Source: Peribolospora baueri
Taxonomy: Eukaryota
DNA: 64,000 nt
Direction: 5' to 3'
Assembly: GCA_029717555.1 (NCBI GenBank)
Contig: JAMDHS010000008.1
Span: 310,001 to 374,000, forward strand
A model generated the notes under the pieces. That model saw nothing but the letters and a program-made list of their open reading frames with translations. It was not told where the DNA came from and searched no databases. A program made the position numbers and the translations under genes. Shown here one piece after another: positions 25,726 to 37,146 of the stretch (its first letter is position 1; each line of letters starts with the position of its first letter).

Positions 25726-26697
25726 ATGCGAGGGGCGACCGACTTGCCCGTCGAGCTCGTCCGTGATATCTTCCTAATGGCCGGTGCCGAGGACAGGCCG
25801 ACGGCGTTCTCGCTCTTGACCGTCTCCAAGACGGTGCACGACTGGGTGAGGCCTCTGCTCTACGATACCATTGTTTGCCTTTGCCCGCGCCATTGGGAGA
25901 ACTTCAAAGTCGGTGTCCTCCGAGCACCCGAGGCCAGAAAAAGGGTCACAAGGGTCGTCTTCGACAAGTCGTACGACGACGACGTGCGTGCGTCATTCGT
26001 GGCGAATAAAAATATTTTTGTCAACCTGAAAACCCTCATCCTCAAAAGCCACCGATTCAACGTGTCCGAGCAGAGTGACTTTGACGAAGCTCAGCGCTCT
26101 CTCGCGCCCACCGCTCTTATACTGCACGACATGAAGACCTTGCCGTCTTGGTCGATCCTCGATACGCTGTGGATTGGCTCGTGGAGCGTCGTCCATTATT
26201 GGTGGGACCAAGAACTGTCTAAAATCTCGACGACGTGCCCCAACGTGCATACCCTCGTGGTAGAATCGTTCAGATTCAAACCCCAGGAGTTCCCGGTGCT
26301 CGTGTTCGAGGCCGAGACGTACGCACCCACCATCGAGACGCTCGTCCTTTACTTGGGACGCCGTTACGGGTATCGCACCAAGGTTTGGACGGAAAGCATG
26401 TTCATTCGCGTGATGTCGGCAGTGGAGAAGTCGCCGATCAGGCCGCACAGACTGAACATTTACTTGTACTGGGATGGCGGTCAAGGCGCGCTCGAACCTA
26501 TCTACGCACCGCCGGATGAACGAGGGGACGAGGAGGGCGACGAGGGCCATGAGACGTTCCTGCCCCAAGATCCCCAGTGGCACTGCCTGCTTCCGGACGA
26601 CGAAGCCTGGGTGTCTTGTGAGCCGCCGCCTAACTTACGTGCAATGCCGGAGCTACCCAAGGGCGTCGAAAGGGCCGACGTGATGCTGCATCGTTAG
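25726..26697 (+). CDS. Intronless F-box-like hypothetical protein, 323 aa
   Basis: Clean ORF. N-terminus LPVELVRDIF...LLTVSKTVHDWVRPLLYDTIV is the common basidiomycete F-box-like pattern, followed by LRR-like segments (NLKTLIL, CPNVHTLVV, TIETLVL). Confidence 0.7.
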   Translation: MRGATDLPVELVRDIFLMAGAEDRPTAFSLLTVSKTVHDWVRPLLYDTIVCLCPRHWENFKVGVLRAPEARKRVTRVVFDKSYDDDVRASFVANKNIFVNLKTLILKSHRFNVSEQSDFDEAQRSLAPTALILHDMKTLPSWSILDTLWIGSWSVVHYWWDQELSKISTTCPNVHTLVVESFRFKPQEFPVLVFEAETYAPTIETLVLYLGRRYGYRTKVWTESMFIRVMSAVEKSPIRPHRLNIYLYWDGGQGALEPIYAPPDERGDEEGDEGHETFLPQDPQWHCLLPDDEAWVSCEPPPNLRAMPELPKGVERADVMLHR

Positions 26698-26887
26698 CCG
26701 GTGTAGAGGTCCCGAAGGTCTTCATTGGCGAAATGCGCTATCGAGGCCTCTCGAGTCGTACGCAATGAAGCGATAAAAAGGTCCAAATCCACCGTTCTGT
26801 CTCGCGTCTACGAAACCGGTGCAGGGGTATCGTGCTGCTTCTGTTCGTCAGTAGGTATAACGTGGAGTACACGTCGTAACGACCTCG

Positions 26888-27937
26888 TCAATCTTCCTGT
26901 AGGCTTCTGAACCATGCTGAATAGGCGCCTTCAACGTCGAACAGCATCTGTCGCGCCTGCTCCTCTGTGATCTCGTCTGAAGCCTTCATTTGATTGAGCG
27001 TAATCAACCTGTGTGTGCCGGCGGCGGTGAGCGTGGTCAGTCGTCAAAGCAGGGAAATAAAGCAACCGTTGCAAGACTGCGAAACTCGCCAGTGGAGAAT
27101 TCTCGCCCTCCCCTCCCCTTCCGAAGACCCCTTGAAACGGGAATAGCTCGCCATGAGGTCGGCCAAGCGAGGATGCAGCTGATCTTTGGCTCGCAGCTTC
27201 AGCTTCAGCGCGTCCATGAAAGTGATAAAGTCCTTTTGGCGGGAGACAAAAAAGAGTCACAATGAGCCCCGCGTCCTCCCTACCCTTTCCCGCCCGCAAA
27301 GTTCTCCTACCTGGGTCGTCTCGGCCACCCATTTGCCAGTCTCCACGCTTTGACCCATGCCTCCCTCCGTGGCATGCTCGACCGTCGCTGGGACGCCAAC
27401 CGCTAATCGGTGCGCCGCCGCAGGATAGTCCATCTATTAGAGCGAAGATACCCGTGAGTCGCCCGTCTCGTCCCCTATCCGTTGGGACCCACTTACCTTG
27501 TACATTCGCATGAAGGCCGCAAGGTCGGGTACGCTCTCGCCCTGCACTAGTTTAAATATGGTCTTGTACTGAGCAAGCAGACGTGTGCATGCAGGGGCGT
27601 ATCTGCAAAAGAGAGAGGCGTAGCATACGAGGTTTGAGTCGTCGGCTCCCCCGGAGGCCACGACTCGTATCCACGACTCAAAAGCTTCCCGAAAGCTGCT
27701 CACTGGCTCTGGGTTATGGAATCTCGCACGTACGCGCGCTCAAGGTAGTCCAGGCTGACTATGAGACTGAATAGGGTGGCCATGTTCTCGTACCGCTCAC
27801 GCTCTGTGTTGGTCGTGTACAGGCGAGCTTCCTTTGTGGGCCACAGCGGGATGCGAGCAGACTCAACAGGTGTTCGCACCGGGCCAGCGGTCAAGTCAAC
27901 GCACCTCGTAAGGATTAATGCCGCCGTAGGATGACAT
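26888..27937 (-). CDS. VPS28: ESCRT-I subunit Vps28, multi-exon
   Basis: ERERYENMATLFSLIVSLDYLERAYVRD, YAPACTRLLAQYKT, FITFMDALKLKLRAKDQLHP, QARQMLFDVEGAY. Confidence 0.96.
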
Positions 27938-28174
27938 GTTGCCGAATCAGCGTGTTCGCCGACGAGTCTCTACTATGAGCAAAGGGCCAGTTCGACGTTT
28001 GTCATGTAAACGCACGCACGGTCCTTGCCGAGCGGGTTGGAGGTGACCGGCGTCCTAGCTTGCGCCGCAGCACCGCCGCAGCATGCCGCCGTGGCCGCGA
28101 TCCTCCTTCGTCAACTGTCCACGTCCAGGATCACGTCCTTTGTTCCAGTGTCATCCGTCAACCAAGCTGTCAGG

Positions 28175-28182
28175 TATATAAG
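28175..28182 (+). promoter_or_regulatory. Candidate TATA box upstream of the gag-like ORF
   Basis: TATATAAG followed by a pyrimidine-rich tract. Motif match only. Confidence 0.35.
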
Positions 28183-28449
28183 AAAACAGTGTCCATAGCA
28201 GTGATGACGTTTACGCACTTGCTATCTCGTCTTCCCTACCACGATACTACTCTCGTGGTCTTTTCTTCAACCTTTTTTTTCTTTCCCTTTGATCAGACAA
28301 ACCAGCCGTCGCCGGCGACGTTTCTCCGGCCTTGATCTGGCCTGACGAGAGAATAGCCACGGATTAGGCCCGTTACATTGTCATACTGGCCAAGGTTCCT
28401 CGCCGAGACACGCGAGCCATCGACGAGGCCGACACGTCAATCGGCTGGC

Positions 28450-29459
28450 ATGCAGCTTACATTCGGGGACGCTCGCAGTGCTTCGGCTAACCCGCACCGA
28501 GCAGCGATGGCCTTTCCGGGCCATCCGACCCAGCAGCAGTTCGGGCCAATGTTCAACGGAAGGACGGCATCTTCCCGTCAGAATGCAGTGCATCCTGACG
28601 GAGAACGATACTCCGAGTCAGGCGGCTCGGTTTCTTCGTCGCCGCTGGCGCCGCTTTCCTCCTCCGAAGGAGATGATGACACCATCGTTAACCTAGAAGA
28701 GGAAGGGAACAGGGACACACCGTCTCCGTCTTACGCGAAGGTGACGATGACTACCCAATGGGCGAGGAATGCTCGGACGACGACTGTGAAGATGACGATA
28801 GCTACTCAGAAGGCGACGAGGGCTCGGACGACGATTGTGAAGATGGCGGTGCCTACCCAGTGAGCGGAAAGGACCAGAACGACGATATTGATGATGATGA
28901 CTACCCTCTAGGCGAGGAGGACACGGACGAAATCTTACTGCCAACGTTCAACGGCACCGGGGCGGTCGACGTGCACACCTTGAAGTGCATGCAGAGATGG
29001 TTCCGTACTTTTAAGGTGCATCGGGAACGTTGGACCGACATCGCGGAGAGTTATCTTCGCAGCGAGGCGGCGGGCTGATACGAGTACTTAAAGAGATGCA
29101 ATGGGCGCGTCACGCCTGAGTGGACGGTGTTCAAGACCGAGATCCTTGAGCGCTACGAGACGCATATGGACCGGGAATTGGCTATGAGCGACCTCTTCGA
29201 GAACACCTTCGATGGCGATCTTGCTGGGTACATCGGCGCCTTCTGCCTCTACGAGGCCCGAATTGCTCATCGGCTAGACTTCACCGACAGTGTCCAACTC
29301 TTCCTCAGCGCCTTGCCCACTCTGCGGAGGCGCGTTCCCGCGAAGCGGCTGACGACCATCGAAGAGGTGTACCAGGCCGCGCTTGATTCAGAGCAAGAGC
29401 TAGCGAAGGAAGCAGAGAACGCCGAGAAACGGCCGGCCCGGTCAGCTTGGTCTCGTTAG
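28450..29459 (+). pseudogene. Solo Ty3/gypsy-type retrotransposon gag (capsid)-like ORF with a frameshift (~28733) and an in-frame TGA (29076-29078)
   Basis: ORFs 28758-29078 and 29127-29459 share a frame. LPTFNG..D..QRWF..ERWTDIAESYLRSEAAG*Y..W.VFKTEILERY..YIGAF..LFLSAL..TIEEVYQAAL matches the retrotransposon gag pattern. Confidence 0.7.
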
Positions 29460-29968
29460 TGCGCCGCGGAATCGCCAGGTCTCTCCAGCGCGACCCAGGG
29501 AGAATGTATTTTTGCCACTCCGAGCTTGCAACGCCCGCGCGAAGTCTCCGCACCGCTTTTGTTTTACCGACACGACCTTGGACATCGACGGAGGAAATTG
29601 CGTCTCATGAAACCGTAGTGGTCGTAGACGTCATCTATGTTAGGCCATGGTCATGACTCCGACGTTGAAATTGCGTCGGCAGGGTGAAGCAGCCTACGAA
29701 AGCGGTATCTGCAATTGGATACGTCCGATCTTGTGGGCCACATGCTGGAAAGAGACATCCGCACGAGCATGAGAGAGACACTGAAAGGAGGAGGAGAGGA
29801 AGCTGACATGATAAGGTATGGAAGATGCGCAAAGGGGTACGTGTTCACGATGTTGACCCGTTCGCTAACCTGTCGTCGACGACGAGACGTGAACGCGTGC
29901 ATGCCTCCTTTCACGCATCATCTTTGGCTCCGCTCTTCACCCCTTCCAGGACCAGGCCATGGCGAAAC

Positions 29969-32900
29969 TCAGCTCGAGCAAATGGAGGATGCCTCTGAGC
30001 TCGCGATCCAGACCTAGATCGGAACTCGACGAAGCTCCATCAGTCCGGTTTATTTCTCTCGTCGAGCGCACAATGACACTTCCTAGAAAGAGCAGAGCAG
30101 ACTGATCACGATCATGACTCACCCTAGCTCTCCCGCTCGACGTCGAGCTCGTAAAACTACCCCCATTGCCGACCGTGGTGGTCCCGCAGTCGATCAGGTC
30201 GGTGATCTGGGTGCCGCTCGCAAAGCTCGAGTTGCTGACGGAGTACGATTGAGAGCCACTGCTGGAACCAGCGTTGGTGAGCACGACGACCAATGGACCC
30301 TTGGCGAAAGCAAAGAAAGAGCTTGAAGTGCCCAAGACGTTCTCTTGGCCAGTATAGAAAGTCGAAACCACCCTGCCAGCTAGAGCACGGATGCTGTTGA
30401 CCCTGGCAATGTACTTATAGAGCGTTGACCCCGTGTTGAAGGTATTCCACATCGGCTCGCGGTTGTTAGGGTCGCCGCTGTAGAAAGGGGCAAGATTTGA
30501 TGTAAGAAGGAGGGAAGCGTTTCAGGCCGCCACTATGAGCGCTCACTTTCCGGTGAAGCCTTGTTCAAAGCCATAGTAGACACTGCGAGGAAATGAACGA
30601 AATGGTTGATGGCGTGAGGCGAGACCAAAGCTGCGAACGACAGACAGCTCACATTGGAATCTGCAAGTTGGGGAGGCACGAGCGCGATCGTCAGCATCAT
30701 CAATGTCTCCTGCGATTCACAGCAAACCCTTTCTCACCCCATCTCCGAGGAGGACGTAACTGATAACATTCTCGTTCAGAGACGAATCAGTGGTGTAGGA
30801 CCCGAACCGAGGGTTGTCCTGCCACCGAGAAGAAGCAGAATACAATGTTACTACATCAAGCCTTGAAGATAAAATGCGATAGGCAAACTCACTTGGTTAT
30901 CCACAAAGTTGCCCAAGACGGTCGGATCTTTGAAATTCGACTTGATGCTGACGACCCGGTAGCCCAACGAGTCAGCACGCTGTGACTGGAGAGAAAGGAG
31001 GCTCTCTCGCATACCTGGAGATCTCGGAAGCCAAGTCGCTGAATGAGCCTTGGCCGCTGAAGGCTCGGTAGAGCGGGTAATACAGCGGCTGATGGAAGCG
31101 CGAGCACAGAGAGGCGAGGAAGGACAAAATCGATGGGTTCACGGCTGGAGGTCGGAATGGCAAATGAAGCATGAAGAGGCGATGACACACTTACATAGTT
31201 CAAAGTGCTGTCCAGGTAATTCTGGTAAGGTCCCACGTAAGCGGGGTCTCCGTCAAATACCTCTCCCTGTGGTTTGCAAAAATGGTCCTACCAAGAATCA
31301 GCGCAAGTCGAACAAGACGACGTCTCTGAGGGACGATACATGGACGGATCGTGAGTGTGTATTCAACTGACGGTTGCGAAGACGCCGGCGGCAGATTGGA
31401 AGCCGCTCCACTGGCGTCCATGAGGTAGGCCGACATCGTTCGTCAACGGACGTGGATGAGCATCGACGCCAACTAGAACGAAGAGAAAGCCGAGCAAGAC
31501 TTACAAAGCTCTGACGGACGTGCTTGATGGTATCTAATAAAAACAAAGGTTTGTTTAGGGAGGAGGGTGGACAACAAAGCGTCATCGGCGTCGTCTCAGT
31601 CTCGTCGTCATCTTCACTCACCGATTCTCAACCCGTCGATGCTGTAATTTGCGACAAGCTGGGGAATCCAAGCGTACCACGCTTTGATGATGTCGTTGTT
31701 CTCCGTGTTGACGTCTGGTAAGGAGGCAGACGAGCCTGAGAGCCAGCATCTATCATGGCGCGAAGACGAAGAACAACACAAATCATGAATGCGGATGCGC
31801 AGTCGGATTCCGCAGATGCCCTCATGAGCTCCTCACTGCTCAACGGAGGTCTGGTTGTTGTAGTCGATGGTGCAAAAGTCGTGGAAGCTCGTCTAACATC
31901 ATGCAAGGAAGGGTTACGAAGCCAGTGAGCCGGCAGCCGAAGCTAACTCCACCTCCGCTCCGCCTCATCATGATAGGTGCCTCGCCGCCTTTGCCGACGA
32001 GGCGAGGGCTTTGTGCAAAAACGGCTTACGGGCGGAGGCTGATTGAAAGGGGCAGGATAAGAGGAGTAGGAGACCCCGCTTTCGTTGGCTGCGGAGCCGA
32101 AGTGGTTCACTGGGCGAAGAGGATATAGGGTTTGCGAGATGAGCAAAGCCGCGAGGATGAGATAGTTTCGATTGCGTTGTCATGTCGACGGAGAAGCGCC
32201 AACATACCGACGATGTCGACCATCAAGCTCATGTTGCGGGAATGCAAAGCCGAGGCAAGATTGTTGAGGTTGGACGCCGAACTGTAAAGAAAGTCCAAGG
32301 TTATCTTTTATCTGACACCTTTTGATGATCCGAGGGGACATCGGAGGTACAAGAAGCGGCCTCGCTAACCCGAAGTGCTGATTCAACTCGTAAGGATTGT
32401 CTTGCCAATACCTGTACCATCGACGCACCCGGTTAGCCCTGGTTTTGTGTCAAAAAAGCATACCCGCCGACGCTCACCCGTGGTAAGCATAGCCCGAGCC
32501 AGTATCGCCTTCGATGTTGTGTACGATGGGCGATATCCATACAGCATCAAAGCCCATTCCTGCGATGTAACTGGCCCAGACAGGTCCGAATGCCGCCGTA
32601 AGATCTCGTGGCTGTCGCTTACGACGTCGACTCTGCCAGGGCAGGAAAAGACCGAGACAGACGACTCACTCGAGCTTAGACTCGATGCCGGCCCAGTTTC
32701 CGCCGCAATATTGGCGAGCGGACGTGTCGCAGGACGGAGTGGAGCCATCGCCGACGGCGAAGCGATCTGTGACGACCTGCGGGTAGACGTGAGGAGGAGG
32801 AACGGAGAGACGAAGTTTGGCGTGGGGATTCGTTGGTCTAGCTGAAGCCGTTTCCGACCGAACGAACCGCCGGCAAGCTACGAAGAGCTCCTGTGCAGAG

Positions 32901-33062
32901 GATTCGATCAGAAAGAAACCAAGGAAGCCGGCTAACCTGGTAAATGGATTTTTGCCTCCATTGGTCGGCCGTCTGCCTCTTGTGCAAGAGGGGCACACCG
33001 AGGACCGTGGATGCGAGCAGGAGAATGGGTATGGGATTGAGCACACTTGAGTGGACAAGCAT
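29969..33062 (-). CDS. Secreted alpha-amylase (GH13, fungal Taka-type), about 18 exons
   Basis: Signal peptide, WRQKSIYQ/VVTDRFA, YCGGNWAGI, MGFDAVWISP, AYHG/YW, MVDIV/VNHF, DGLRI/DTIKHV, GEVFDGD, NFVDNQ/DNPRF, DG/IPI/VYYGFEQG, DPNNREPMW. Confidence 0.95.
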
Positions 33063-34546
33063 AGCGAAGACAGAGAACGGAGAGGGTTAGGAAAAGGAGG
33101 GAAGAAGATAGGTTCGAGTAAGGCGCAGCCTCCTTTAAGGATTGCCCCGGTGGAGAATCCGGGGCAAGAAGAGTGTACCGAGATCCCGAGACACCCAGAG
33201 AGGGACTCTGTGCAGAGAGAATGCTGTTAAGGAGGCCTGGAGAGGCGACGAGAGCGCGGGTAAGGTGTGGGAGCGGGGGTGCCAAAGAGGGAAGTAAGCG
33301 GGGCAAGTGATGGTGAGAGGCAAGAGCGAGGCGGTGGACATGCGAGGTCAGCTTGCCGATACATCCTTCGTCCTCCTAACGGATGAGGCGGATCGTCGGC
33401 CTGCGTTCAGCCTGGGCGGACGCTGGCTCCCTCTCCCGCTCGGTCGTTGAAGCCGGTCGAGGCGAGGGAGCTTGGGCCGAAAGCGCACCGTCAGGTCATT
33501 TGCGACTACGGTAGGTCACCTGCGATGCCCTGCTTGGTGGGAGAGAAGAATAGATGCGATCCAAAATCACATCCGTTGGTGGGGTCGAGCGCCAAATCCA
33601 GACTCCGATCCGAAGCGGCCCTGGCGAGCTGTTGGCGTCCGCCCGTGTTCACTCAAGTCACAGCAAGTCCATCCTGTACTACGCAAGTCGCCCGGATTTC
33701 CCTCTCTTTCCGTCTCCTATCGCGTCCCGCTTGCATTTCTCTGCGGCCCGACCGGTGTTCTAGGCAACACGGTATACACAGATAGACAAATTACACACCA
33801 ACTTGGGCGTTCACTCCCAAGGACACAGACACAGACCCATTAGGTTGCCATCCGCTGGCGGTCATACGGCAGTGGAGGAGCGACGGCTGCTCGAGATGAG
33901 GTGGAAGACCTAACTAAGGCAGACCCAGCGCCGATCGAGTGATCACTGGCGATGTGACATCATGCCGCAACAAGAAAGGAGAGAAGGCGACCCATCTCGC
34001 ACGATGGAAAGCAATAGATCTGTCCCCACCAAGAACTGAAGGAAAGAACCATGGACAGCGTGGGATCAGGTAGGAACACGACGAGGACCGCGTGAGAGCG
34101 AGCCCAAAGGTCAGTTCACGATCAGAGCGGCAGGGGCACACAGAGAACACATGAACTTGGGAAGATCCTGCTCGCGATTCGGGCGGCGCTCTAGAATGGA
34201 GGAAGAAGATCGTGGGGCCGGCACGACTGGCAACCCTGAAAATCAGTGCGCTGCGTGGCGGAGACAGGGTCAAACCGCGCGCCATTCGACCATCGCACCT
34301 GAGTCTTTTCGACTATCATCTCTGGCCGTGAGCGTGCTGTGCTGGATGTGTTGTCAGACGGTCATCGGGTCGCAGAGAGGTGACGTCCGTTTTGTGGACG
34401 TCGATCACAGGTGCCGCAGCGGGAGCGAGGCCGATCACGTCGAGTATGCGCTTCCGTTCTCCTCCCACTTCATGTTGAACGATCTTCAGCGCGCCATCTC
34501 TCCCTGACGACTAACAGGAACAGGCTCGGCGCGGACGCCCGCAGGC

Positions 34547-36054
34547 ATGGAGACCATCCTCGACTACCTCTGCTGCTGTGGGCCGCGGAGGAGGGGTGGC
34601 AATGGGCGAGGCGTGAGTGTCCCGACAAGGCCTGGCTGGCCGTGCTTCACCACGTCGGCCCTTCGCGCGAAGCAGGTGCACTCGAACTCGAGCGCGATAT
34701 GAGAAGAGACTGAAAACTCGGATTTCCCCCCCTTGCACGTGTCCTTGTCTATGCATTCAGGCGAATGATGAGAGGACGCCGCTGCTGGACGATGGGAGCG
34801 ACCTAATCGCAGCTCCAGAGTGCGTGCGAGACTGAGAAGGCGCCCAATCTGCTTTTTCCCCCGCTGACATAAGGAATGTCCATTGTACCACGTCCTTCTC
34901 CTCCGCTCTTATTGTAGCGCGACATCCACCGGGCCTCGACCGTCCCGTCGAGCTCATGACCCGGCGGCTTTGGATAGAATCCTGCGAGAAGTCCAAAGGT
35001 GCCCAGGCTCTTTCCATCGCGTTGATTCGTCGTCTCTACAAACACGCGCTCAGAGCTCTTTGTCCTTTTCCCTTCGTGCGGTCTCGTCATGACGCAGCAA
35101 AATGATCAACATTGACTCTCCCGCTCTCCTAAATGAAGCCGGCCCCGAAGGCTTGCCGTCCATGTCCACAGCCTCTTCCCGCCTCTCTTCGCCGGCTCGG
35201 CCTGCACCGCCCGCCAACGAGCTCTCGGCCGTAGTCGCGGAACAGGCGGGTGAGCGCGGGCGGGATGACGCGGGAGAAGGTGACGGCGACGACGAGCCGA
35301 GCGACCCTTGGCCCGCCGCGGCCGACCGACGCTCTTCGCTCGTCAAGGCCATCCGCCTGCGCATCGCGGACGACGCCGGATCGGAGTACGCGGACGGAGG
35401 CTCGTGGGGTCGCAAGAAAGGCGCCGCCGCCGTGGCCGGAGCCGCTGAGGACAGAGGCCGCGGAAAGGACAGGAGCGCAGAGCGGATCATCTCCGTGCAC
35501 AGTTTGCGGACGCTCAGCGACCAGGACGGTCGGCGGGCAGAGGCCGCAGCGGCGAGAGAGGATCCGGCACGACGGGCGGAGCACGCATCACGCTTCGACA
35601 CGTTTACCTCTTTCCAGACCGCGGCAGAAGGCTTGGAGGAAGGAGCGGAGGAGGACACGCTTCGACCCGACTGGGACCAACGCGGACGGCTCGCCGTGAC
35701 GGAGATTTGGAGGAGGCTGGCCGAAGACGAGCGGAGGCCGGGCGAGGAGGCGTCCGACGCCGCCGCTCGGGAGGGCGGCGAGCTGGAGGAACGGGCGAAG
35801 AGTGCGGTCGAGGCGGCCTCGTCGGAAGAAGCAGAATTTGTGAGTGTCCTTGCGGCAGGTGCTGGCGATGGACGTTGACGACGTGCGTCTGTGCTTTTGC
35901 CGCCGTGGCTCTCTTTGCATCCCTCCACGCGCCTCAGATGCTCGCCCTCGCCAACTTGCTCACGTCCGCCCTCGCCAACGATCTCAGCCTTGGCGAAGAA
36001 GAAGAAGAGGAAGAGGGCAGTCCGGTCGTAGAGAGCTGGGAAGGAGCGGGCTAG
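34547..36054 (+). CDS. LAMTOR1/Ego1(Meh1)-like vacuolar membrane anchor, about 5 exons
   Basis: Spliced: METILDYLCCCGPRRR.../ANDERTPLLDD.../...ALDRILREVQS/KMINIDS, i.e. Cys cluster, acidic dileucine signal and L.RI....MI.I helix. Confidence 0.62.
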
Positions 36055-36345
36055 CGCGCCGGTGTCGGTGGCATGTCTATACCCACGTTCGTCGACGTTG
36101 CATAATACCATCTATCGTCCGACCGGCTTCGTTTTTCTCATGTCGTCGTCCGTCGCGGCCGTTCAGCATCGCTACGGCTGTTGGGCGTATACATCACCAT
36201 TGCTGATGCCGCCTTCCTTCATGTCCTCTTTCTCGTCGTGTAACCGATCGACCGTCCATCACCTTATAGCAGCCCTAACCCTTACAGTATCGCCTTAGGC
36301 CGTCTTGCCTCTCTAACCCCTTATAATCCTTTGTTCGCCGATATG

Positions 36346-36399
36346 CATATTCCTGCATTTGCGTATCCCTGCATGTCGTATTCCTGCATGTGCGTATTC
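36346..36399 (+). repeat. Short tandem repeat, about 3 x 15-16 bp (tattcctgcatgtgcg-like)
   Basis: catattcctgcatttgcgtatccctgcatgtcgtattcctgcatgtgcgtattc. Confidence 0.7.
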
Positions 36400-36799
36400 G
36401 CCTTCCGCCCGTCGGTCGGCAGAGCGTGAATCTCCCCTCGAAGGCTGTCGTCTTTTTTTTTTCGGCGCCCCTGAGTCGTTTCCGTGCGCCACGTGAACTC
36501 TACTGGCGCACTCCATTCGCAAAGTCGGCCAACTCACACGAAGAACTGGCAGCATGAGGAATAGAAATGCCACCGACACCGGCGCGCTAGCCCGCTCCTG
36601 AAATTAATTCTGAATGGCTCTGTTAGCTCAGCTGGTTGCGCGTCAGGCCTCTTCGAACGGGACCACTCGATGTTGCGACGCTTGCCCAAGTTGCTGCAAT
36701 GCCTCGATGTAGCGGATATCCAAGTTGCGCCTCAGCAGACATCCACATTGCTATGTGGTGTGTTTTGCGGATGTAACAAATATGTTAATGGAGATTGCA

Positions 36800-37044
36800 C
36801 TATACAAGCAATCCGTCGTGGTGTAACCCTCATAGGCGTCGTGTTGATGGCACCATACAAGCAATTTGCCTGCCTAGCGGACGATTGGCCTAGTCCCTAC
36901 CCTCTGCCGTGATGTAACCCTCATAGTTTCCACCATACAAGCAATCTGGGTGTAACTCAGTCGGTAGGGTAGAGCCTGCCTAGCGGACGATTGGTGGTGG
37001 TGTCCTCATAGGTGTCGTGTTGATTACGCCATACAAGTAATTCG
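36800..37044 (+). repeat. Degenerate tandem array of the tRNA-Lys 5' flank
   Basis: (cc)atacaag(c/t)aat at 36801, 36853, 36933, 37029; gcctgcctagcggacgattgg at 36868 and 36974; tgt(aac)cctcatag three times. Confidence 0.85.
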
Positions 37045-37146
37045 GCCCGGCTAGCTCAGTCGGTAGAGCGTCAGACTCTTATTAAAGGGTTTCCCTGAAC
37101 TCAGGGTGTTATCTGAATGTCGTGGGTTCGAGCCCCACGTTGGGCG
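37045..37146 (+). tRNA. tRNA-Lys(CTT) with 29-nt intron
   Basis: Exons identical to the copy at 10481-10581. Intron differs by one extra T. T5 terminator follows. Confidence 0.97.

Noticed and set aside
28200..29900. Full LTR retrotransposon around the gag-like ORF
   Set aside because: No direct terminal repeats, primer-binding site or pol sequence found by eye.
33100..34500. Possible ncRNA or small gene in the amylase-LAMTOR1 divergent spacer
   Set aside because: No recognisable snRNA/snoRNA motifs or supported ORF.
36800..37044. CRISPR-like repeat-spacer array
   Set aside because: The repeat is only ~13 nt, the intervals are unequal and homologous to each other, there are no cas genes, and the context is eukaryotic.
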